Below, piece after piece: positions 40,022-46,420 of a stretch of DNA of 46,420 nucleotides (the first letter of the stretch is position 1; every line of letters begins with the position of its first letter). The stretch is from positions 1 through 46,420 of the forward strand of contig CAWJRG010000008.1 of assembly GCA_963845185.1 (NCBI GenBank), read 5' to 3'. Source of the DNA: an uncultured bacterium (GTDB lineage Bacteria > Oederibacteriota > PGYV01 > CAWJRG01). A model generated the notes under the pieces. That model was not told where the DNA came from. It searched no databases and saw only the letters and a program-made list of their open reading frames with translations. The position numbers were made by a program, and so were the translations under genes.

Positions 40022-41605
40022 ATGGCACAAAAGAGGTTATGCATGAGAAAAAGCAAAGAGATTTTGAGGTTGAAGTACGAGTTAGGCAAGACAGAAAGAG
40101 AAATACGGGACATATGCGGGCTGAAAAGCAAGACAACGGTCCACAGGTGCCTTGAAAGAGCCGGGAAGGCGGGTATAACATGGCCGTTGCCCGAAGGCAT
40201 GACCGAGGACGTGCTGGAGGCACAACTGTTTCCGGCCATACAGCCTTGCAAGGAATTCAAAAAAATCGCAATAGATTGCGCGCATGTTCACGAACAGATG
40301 CAGATGGATAACGTAACCAAAAAACTCATTTGGGAAGAATATGTCGAATCAAATCCAAACAACCACTATGGATATACTCAATTCTGCCAATATTACAACA
40401 GATGGACAAATAACCTGAATTTCAGCATGAAACAGGTATATAAGGCCGGGGAAAAAGTATTTGTGGATTTTGGCAGCGGGTTATCCGTAATCGATAAAGA
40501 GACCGGCGAGATAATGAAGACGCATGTGTTTGTAGCAGTGCTCGGTGCGTCAAAATATTCGTATGCGGAAGCGGTATTTAACCAGGACCTGCCGTCATGG
40601 ATATTGGTAAACAGACATATGCTTGAATTTTTTGGATGCGTACCTCAGGTAATAATCCCGGATAATTTGAAGGCGGCAGTAGATAAAGCTGATTGGTATG
40701 AGCCGTTTATTAACCGGTCATACGAAGAATTTGCCGGACATTACGGGACAAATATATTTCCAACAAGGCCCAGACAGCCCAGGGATAAAGCTCTTGTAGA
40801 AAATGGCGTCAGACTGGTCAAGCGGTGGATTCTGGCTAGGCTGCGGAACAGGATGTTTTTCAGTCTCGCAGAGTTAAATGCGGCAATACGCGAACTGCTT
40901 GAGAAGTTTAACGACAACATAATGAAAAAAGTCGGTAAATCAAGGAGAGAACTATTCCTCACGTTGGACAAACCCAATATGAATCCCCTGCCTGAACATC
41001 CTTTTGAATATGCGGAATGGAAAAAAGCCAGAGTTGGTTGTGATTACCACATATCTTTTGGGAAGCACATGTATTCCGTGCCGCATTATTTGAAAGGCAG
41101 CGAAATAGACATAAGAGCGACAAGTTCAATCGTAGAAGTATATTTAAAGGGCAACCGGATATGCTCGCACAAAAGAAGTCACAAAGAACATGATTTTACC
41201 ACGGTAAAAGAGCATATGCCGGAAAGACATCAGGCAGTAGCCGGTATAACCCCGCAAAGCCTATTGGATTGGGCTGAAAAAACCGGGCCCAATGTCCTAA
41301 GAATGGTACAGACTAAACTCGATTCAAAAATGTTTTATGAACAGTCATACAGGAGCTGCCTTGGAATATTGAACCTTGCCCGTAAGTACGGGAATGAGCG
41401 CCTGGATAAGGCGTGTAAACGTGCCTTGCACTTCGGCACTATGTCCTACCCTAAAGTTTCAAGTATTTTAGAACAAAAACTTGAAGATCAGGAATATGAA
41501 AAGTTGTATATAACAAGGCCTCACTTGAACCACGAAAATATCCGCGGCGGTCAGGAATTTGCAGACAGACTTCTTGAAAAACAAAAAACGGAGGAAATAC
41601 AATGA
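40022..41605 (+). CDS. istA: IS21 transposase IstA
   Basis: AGEKVFVDF, FVAVLGASKYSY, PDNLKAAV, PRDKALVE and YSVPH motifs. Confidence 0.95.
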   Translation: MAQKRLCMRKSKEILRLKYELGKTEREIRDICGLKSKTTVHRCLERAGKAGITWPLPEGMTEDVLEAQLFPAIQPCKEFKKIAIDCAHVHEQMQMDNVTKKLIWEEYVESNPNNHYGYTQFCQYYNRWTNNLNFSMKQVYKAGEKVFVDFGSGLSVIDKETGEIMKTHVFVAVLGASKYSYAEAVFNQDLPSWILVNRHMLEFFGCVPQVIIPDNLKAAVDKADWYEPFINRSYEEFAGHYGTNIFPTRPRQPRDKALVENGVRLVKRWILARLRNRMFFSLAELNAAIRELLEKFNDNIMKKVGKSRRELFLTLDKPNMNPLPEHPFEYAEWKKARVGCDYHISFGKHMYSVPHYLKGSEIDIRATSSIVEVYLKGNRICSHKRSHKEHDFTTVKEHMPERHQAVAGITPQSLLDWAEKTGPNVLRMVQTKLDSKMFYEQSYRSCLGILNLARKYGNERLDKACKRALHFGTMSYPKVSSILEQKLEDQEYEKLYITRPHLNHENIRGGQEFADRLLEKQKTEEIQ

Positions 41606-42342
41606 GCATAGAACAGACAATAGACAAGCTTATTGAAATGAAGTTGACAGGTATGTCACAGTCCTACAAAGAAAGAAGGATAAAACCGGATCACAAAGAC
41701 CTCTCGTTTGACGAGTTTTTTGGGCTTGTGGTAGATGACGAGCACATATACAGAAAAAACAAACGACTTAAAAAACTTTTAAAAAAAGCCAAATTTAAAT
41801 TCGCTTCTGCCTGCCTTGAAGATATTGATTACAGGCAGCAAAGAGGCATGCTAAAAACGCAGGTGGTAAATCTTCAAAATCCATCGTGGCTGGAAAATCA
41901 CCAGAATATTCTCATTACTGGCCCTACAGGCATCGGAAAAACATATCTTGCCTGCGCGTTTGGTACCTGGGCATGTAGAAATGGCTTTACAGTCTATTAT
42001 TCCCGCTGGTCAAGGCTTCTCGCTGATATACACGCTTCCCGCAGCGATGAGAGTTATCTTAAGTATCTTCGAAAACTCGCTAAGATAGATTTGCTTATAA
42101 TCGATGATTTTGGAATGAATTCTCTTTCCGAGAATAACAGAGATGATTTTTTTGAAATTATTGAAGAAAGGTACTTGATCGGCTCTACTATTATTACAAG
42201 CCAGTTGCCTATCAAAAATTGGCACGAATTCATGGGCGAGGCTACAATCGCAGACGCAGTAATGGACAGGCTTCTTCAGGTTTCGTATAGATTCGAACTA
42301 AAAGGAGCTTCCATGCGGAAACAACAAAAAAACATCGAATAA
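41602..42342 (+). CDS. istB: IS21 helper ATPase IstB
   Basis: GPTGIGKT, LLIIDDFG, TSQLP and ADAVMDRL motifs. Confidence 0.95.
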   Translation: MSIEQTIDKLIEMKLTGMSQSYKERRIKPDHKDLSFDEFFGLVVDDEHIYRKNKRLKKLLKKAKFKFASACLEDIDYRQQRGMLKTQVVNLQNPSWLENHQNILITGPTGIGKTYLACAFGTWACRNGFTVYYSRWSRLLADIHASRSDESYLKYLRKLAKIDLLIIDDFGMNSLSENNRDDFFEIIEERYLIGSTIITSQLPIKNWHEFMGEATIADAVMDRLLQVSYRFELKGASMRKQQKNIE

Positions 42343-42454
42343 AGCATTTGGTTTTATCGGCGGTTATTAAAATCTTGATAAGCGCAAATGAAAGTAATAT
42401 AATAATATTACTGAATTAGTTGTTTATTTTAAATAAAATCGCGAGGTGTTCAGA

Positions 42455-42868
42455 ATGCCTGAATTATTAAGATTTGGAGTTTCATTGGACAGCCACCTTC
42501 TTAAAAAATTTGATAACCACGTTAAAAATAACAAATATCCAACAAGGTCAAAAGCCATAGCCGATTTGATAAGAAAGGTATTTGTGGAACAAGAATGGGA
42601 GGATGGCAAAAATGTAGCTGGAGCCATAATAATTGTTTATGACCATCACAAGAGAGATCTAGTAAATAAGTTGATTAACACACAACACGATTTTCAGGAC
42701 ATTATAATAGCCTCACAGCATGTTCATCTTGATCACAACAATTGTCTCGAAGTGGTCGTTGTAAAGGGGAAAACGTCAAAAATTCGTGAGCTGGCGTCGA
42801 TTTTAAAGTCCGCAAAAGGAGTAAAACACGCAGCTTTATCCGCCGCCACAACTGGTAAAAATTTTTAA
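42455..42868 (+). CDS. nikR: nickel-responsive regulator NikR
   Basis: RFGVSLD..RSKAIADLIR, YDHH and HVHLDHNNCLEV motifs. Confidence 0.95.
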   Translation: MPELLRFGVSLDSHLLKKFDNHVKNNKYPTRSKAIADLIRKVFVEQEWEDGKNVAGAIIIVYDHHKRDLVNKLINTQHDFQDIIIASQHVHLDHNNCLEVVVVKGKTSKIRELASILKSAKGVKHAALSAATTGKNF

Positions 42869-42922
42869 TTCCATGTCAGCAATTCTATACTTATAATAAT
42901 TAAACAATGTGGAAAAATCCTG

Positions 42923-42971
42923 TTGACATCTGGCTTCTATTCGTGCTACATTTTTTATAAACGTGGCACGA
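42923..42971 (+). promoter_or_regulatory. promoter overlapped by a NikR operator
   Basis: TTGACA (42923) and TGcTACATT -10; GTGCTAC-N13-GTGGCAC (42943-42969) resembles the deltaproteobacterial NikR box GTGTTAC-N13/14-GTAACAC. Confidence 0.75.
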
Positions 42972-42984
42972 AAGGAGCAATGGT

Positions 42985-43674
42985 ATGAATAAAGAAGGGT
43001 TAATATTAGCTTTGTTTTTTGTTCTTTTCGTCGTGGATAATGTATTTGCCTCAAGACCGCTTTCTACCGACGACGCGTACACAATCGAAAACGGCAAGAC
43101 CGAGATAGAGCTGGGCTATGATTTTGTAGGAGGAACGGCTGGAGAAGATAATACACAAATGGCCGTCATCCAGGTAGGACACGGCATTACGGAAAAGATG
43201 GACATAAAGGTCGTATTCCCCTATTCCGTGAGCCCAGCAAGAGGCGCGGAAGGTGTTTTAATCGGCTTAAAGCTGACGGTTTTAAGTGAAGCCGAAAATA
43301 TACCCAGCGCTGCGGTGAGCGTTTTTACCGAGCCGGGGCAGCCGGAATACTCGGTAAACGGCATAATCTCAAAAACGCTGGGTTCTGTCAGCCTGTACCT
43401 GAATTTTGGCTATGAATCAACTGGTGTTCCGGGTGAGCAGGGAGGATATACATGTTCGATAGCCGGGGATTACAATATAACCGAAAATATCTCGATCGGA
43501 GCGGAAATAATTGACTCAACGGAAGAAAAGTTTATTCATCATAATGTTACGCCGTTTATAGGCGCACGTTTTTCAGTGGCAGAATGGATCACGATAGATG
43601 CAGGAACAGGAATTAACTTTAGCAAAGAATCTCGATTAGTTCATGTGACATCTGGATTGACGTTAAAAATATAA
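42985..43674 (+). CDS. putative outer-membrane beta-barrel (transporter-like)
   Basis: Signal peptide, ASRPLSTDDA N-terminus and alternating beta-strand pattern. Confidence 0.65.
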   Translation: MNKEGLILALFFVLFVVDNVFASRPLSTDDAYTIENGKTEIELGYDFVGGTAGEDNTQMAVIQVGHGITEKMDIKVVFPYSVSPARGAEGVLIGLKLTVLSEAENIPSAAVSVFTEPGQPEYSVNGIISKTLGSVSLYLNFGYESTGVPGEQGGYTCSIAGDYNITENISIGAEIIDSTEEKFIHHNVTPFIGARFSVAEWITIDAGTGINFSKESRLVHVTSGLTLKI

Positions 43675-43690
43675 TTAAAAGGAGGAATAT

Positions 43691-44377
43691 ATGCACATAC
43701 CTGATGGTTATCTCGGCCCACCTACCTGTGCCGTAGCTTTTGCGGCTATGGTACCTATTTGGACGGTTGCCGTAAATAAGGTTAGGAAAACGCTCAAGAC
43801 AAAACAGGTCCCTTTACTTGCATTAGGAGCGGCGTTTAGTTTTGTTATAATGATGTTCAATGTCCCTATACCTGGAGGTACGACCGGTCATGCTGTAGGC
43901 GGTGTTATCATCGCAATACTGCTTGGCCCATGGGCTGCGTGCATAGCTATTACCGTAGCGCTCGTGATACAAGCGTTGCTTTTTGGTGACGGTGGAATCA
44001 CAGCATTGGGCGCAAACTGTTTTAATATGGCTTTTGTCATTCCATTTACTGGCTACTATCTGTATAAACTTTTTGCTGGAAAGTCAAAAATTGGCTCAAT
44101 GCGGCAAATAATATCAGCTGGGGCCGCAGGATACCTAGGAATAAACCTTGCGGCTTTTTGTGCAGGAGTGGAATTCGGTTTACAACCTATTTTTCATCAC
44201 ACAGTATCCGGCCAATCTTTGTATTGTCCTTACGGTTTGAACGTGGCGGTACCAGCAATGTTGCTTGAGCACATAATACTTTTCGGCTGGGTGGAAGCAA
44301 TCGTGACGGCGTTGGTGCTTGTTTACATCGGAAAACAAATGCCCGAGCTATTACAGAACGGGGGTGCAGATAAATGA
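43691..44377 (+). CDS. cbiM: Ni/Co ECF substrate component CbiM/NikM
   Basis: MHIPDGYL N-terminus, PGGTTGHAVG and GDGGITALGAN motifs. Confidence 0.95.
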   Translation: MHIPDGYLGPPTCAVAFAAMVPIWTVAVNKVRKTLKTKQVPLLALGAAFSFVIMMFNVPIPGGTTGHAVGGVIIAILLGPWAACIAITVALVIQALLFGDGGITALGANCFNMAFVIPFTGYYLYKLFAGKSKIGSMRQIISAGAAGYLGINLAAFCAGVEFGLQPIFHHTVSGQSLYCPYGLNVAVPAMLLEHIILFGWVEAIVTALVLVYIGKQMPELLQNGGADK

Positions 44378-44712
44378 AGCCAACGATAAAATTGTGGATA
44401 GGACTAGCAGTGTTGGCAATCCTGTCACCGCTCGGATTGCTGCTGCCGTTATTTTTTAAGGCCGGGGCTGCGTGGGGCGAGTGGGGCACTGATGAAATAA
44501 AACAAATTGCAGGCTATGTTCCAGAGAAACTGAAAAAATTATCGGAATTATGGAAAGCTCCAATGCCTGATTACTCTTTTGCGGGCTGGGAGAATAAAAA
44601 CATGGAGCATTTGAGCTTTGCTTATATTTGTTCGGCAATTTTAGGCATAATAGTAATTGTTGGGATATCTTTTATTATAGGCAAGCTGCTTGTAAAAAAA
44701 GAGGAAAAATAA
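44374..44712 (+). CDS. NikN/PDGLE-like ECF accessory membrane protein
   Basis: LSPLGL..AWGEWG..APMPDY with two TM helices. Confidence 0.8.
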   Translation: MKPTIKLWIGLAVLAILSPLGLLLPLFFKAGAAWGEWGTDEIKQIAGYVPEKLKKLSELWKAPMPDYSFAGWENKNMEHLSFAYICSAILGIIVIVGISFIIGKLLVKKEEK

Positions 44713-44713
44713 A

Positions 44714-45565
44714 TTGAAACGAAACAGTTTTATTGAAAAAACAATCCTCGCTGCGGTATCTATTATAAAAGAGTCTGTTTTTTCAGAAGAAATAGCATCC
44801 AAAATAGGTTTTCTGCAGGGACTGGATGCCAGATTTAAGGTTTTGTCTATTTTTGTTTTCGTGTTCTGCGCTCTTTTTCTGAGACATGAGCAATTGCTTC
44901 TAATACTTTATGTATTATGTCTTGCGCTTACGGTTTTATCCGGCGTAAGTCTTATTTTTTTCTTTAAACGTACTCTGCTGTTCATACCCCTTTTTTCATT
45001 TTTAATAGTATTCCCTTCAATATTCGGTTTTTTTACGCCGGGACAAGTAATATGGGAGGGACATATCGGCAGTGTTGTGTTTTCAATAACCAAACAGGGG
45101 CTAAATGGCGCTGTATTAATTATAACGCGTGTAACGGTTTCGGTATCCCTTATAATCTTACTCAGCCTTACAACCCGACATTTTGAATTGCTTAAGACGC
45201 TTAGGACGTTCGGAATACCGGATATTTTTGTAATGGTGGCCGGAATGTGTTACCGCTACATATACCTTTTCGCTGGAATTGTCGAGAACACTTTTCTTGC
45301 TATAAAGAGTCGAACCGGAGGAATCATAAAGACAGGGCACGGCCAAAAAATAACAGCCTGGAATATAGCAATGCTGTGGCGTAGGTCATATATATTAAAT
45401 GAAAATGTATACGACGCTATGCGCTCACGCGGTTTTACGGGTGAACCGGTATCGTTAAATGCGTCTATGGCAAAAATGCGGGATTTTATCTGGTTTGCAT
45501 TTTTTATTACTGCGGCAGCATCTTTTATTGCTCTTGATTATTTTATTAAAGGCTGGAAAACATAA
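44714..45565 (+). CDS. cbiQ: ECF T component CbiQ/NikQ
   Basis: LDARFK, YRYI and AMRSRGF motifs. Confidence 0.9.
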   Translation: MKRNSFIEKTILAAVSIIKESVFSEEIASKIGFLQGLDARFKVLSIFVFVFCALFLRHEQLLLILYVLCLALTVLSGVSLIFFFKRTLLFIPLFSFLIVFPSIFGFFTPGQVIWEGHIGSVVFSITKQGLNGAVLIITRVTVSVSLIILLSLTTRHFELLKTLRTFGIPDIFVMVAGMCYRYIYLFAGIVENTFLAIKSRTGGIIKTGHGQKITAWNIAMLWRRSYILNENVYDAMRSRGFTGEPVSLNASMAKMRDFIWFAFFITAAASFIALDYFIKGWKT

Positions 45566-46392
45566 TGAATGAAAATATTTTTGAACTAAAAAATATTGAG
45601 TATACTTATCCTGGTAAAGTGCCAGCCCTAGCAGGCATCCGTCTTGATATAAAAAAAGGTGAACGTATAGCGCTAATAGGCGCAAACGGATCGGGGAAGT
45701 CAACTTTACTTACTATGCTGAATGGTCTTATTTATCCGAGTAGTGGAACAATTGTTTCTTTCGATAGAGAACTTTCAGAAGCAGCGTTTAACGACATGGA
45801 TTTTGTAAAATTTTTCAGGGCAAAAACAGGTTTTGTATTCCAAAATCCCGAAGTACAACTTTTCTGCCCTACCGTGAGAGAAGATATAGCTTTTGGTCCG
45901 CTCTGTATGGGAATGCCTGCTGAAGAAGTCCGGAAACAAACGGAAGAAACAGCAGCAGAACTCGGTATAACAGAACTGCTCGACAGGCCGCCGCATCGTT
46001 TAAGCATAGGCGAAAAAAAGAAAGTGGCGTTAGCCACGGTGCTGGTGATTAACCCGGATGTCATGCTTCTTGATGAGCCAACAGCTGGGCTTGACCCGCT
46101 CACTACTCGACATATAGTGGACATACTAGCCAAGGCTTCCACGGAAGGAAAAACAATAATAACAGCAACACACGACCTTCATATAGTTGAGGAGATATTT
46201 GACAGAGTGATAATTCTATCAAGGCATGGTAACATAGCTGCCGAAGGTAAACCTGACGTACTTTTGAATAACTTTAAATTGTTGGAAGAAAACAATCTCG
46301 TTCATGCACATGGACATAAGCATGCGGATGGTACTACAATGCACGTACATCCGCATCAGCATTTACATCACAAACACGAACACAAAGAGTGA
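45565..46392 (+). CDS. cbiO: ECF ATPase CbiO/NikO with His-rich tail
   Basis: GANGSGKST, FQNPEVQLF, LSIGEKKK and LLDEPT motifs; terminal His cluster. Confidence 0.93.
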   Translation: MNENIFELKNIEYTYPGKVPALAGIRLDIKKGERIALIGANGSGKSTLLTMLNGLIYPSSGTIVSFDRELSEAAFNDMDFVKFFRAKTGFVFQNPEVQLFCPTVREDIAFGPLCMGMPAEEVRKQTEETAAELGITELLDRPPHRLSIGEKKKVALATVLVINPDVMLLDEPTAGLDPLTTRHIVDILAKASTEGKTIITATHDLHIVEEIFDRVIILSRHGNIAAEGKPDVLLNNFKLLEENNLVHAHGHKHADGTTMHVHPHQHLHHKHEHKE

Positions 46393-46420
46393 GTGGACGC
46401 CTTAAGCGGATTTTTCAGAT

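Larger units (their letters stand above)
39827..42342 (+). mobile_element. IS21-family element; left end defined, right end not seen
   Basis: Starts TGCAAAATTCGGAGC, with four repeats TTCGG(N6)AGGACCA at 23-bp period (39834-39920), followed by istA-istB. Confidence 0.9.

Overview
Positions ~2-39826 look like one low-copy, mobilisable plasmid, probably from a diderm bacterium (the cargo includes an outer-membrane barrel gene). It carries a replication initiator with iterons and a CopG-like regulator, two tandem parA-parB pairs, a VirD4-like coupling protein with a replication-relaxation protein, and an accessory block (RadC, toxin-antitoxin-like genes, a lipoprotein serpin, candidate small RNAs). 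It also has IS3 and decayed IS1380 elements, a complete type I-C CRISPR-Cas locus (23 repeats, with a PLD-nuclease fusion and a KilA-N gene inside the cas operon), a Xer-like recombinase with symmetric dif/lox-like sites, a Fic gene and an AT-rich defence-like cluster. The clearest structural result is that a TPR-CHAT protease gene is split between the two ends of this segment (5' half at 1-1134, 3' half at 38249-39826). The halves rejoin in frame across a duplicated CTATG, the expected target duplication of the IS21-family element starting at 39827. No IS right end follows istB; the sequence runs straight into a NikR-regulated Ni/Co ECF transporter cluster, suggesting a cargo-carrying IS21 transposon. 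All family assignments come from motif recognition by eye; no searches were run.
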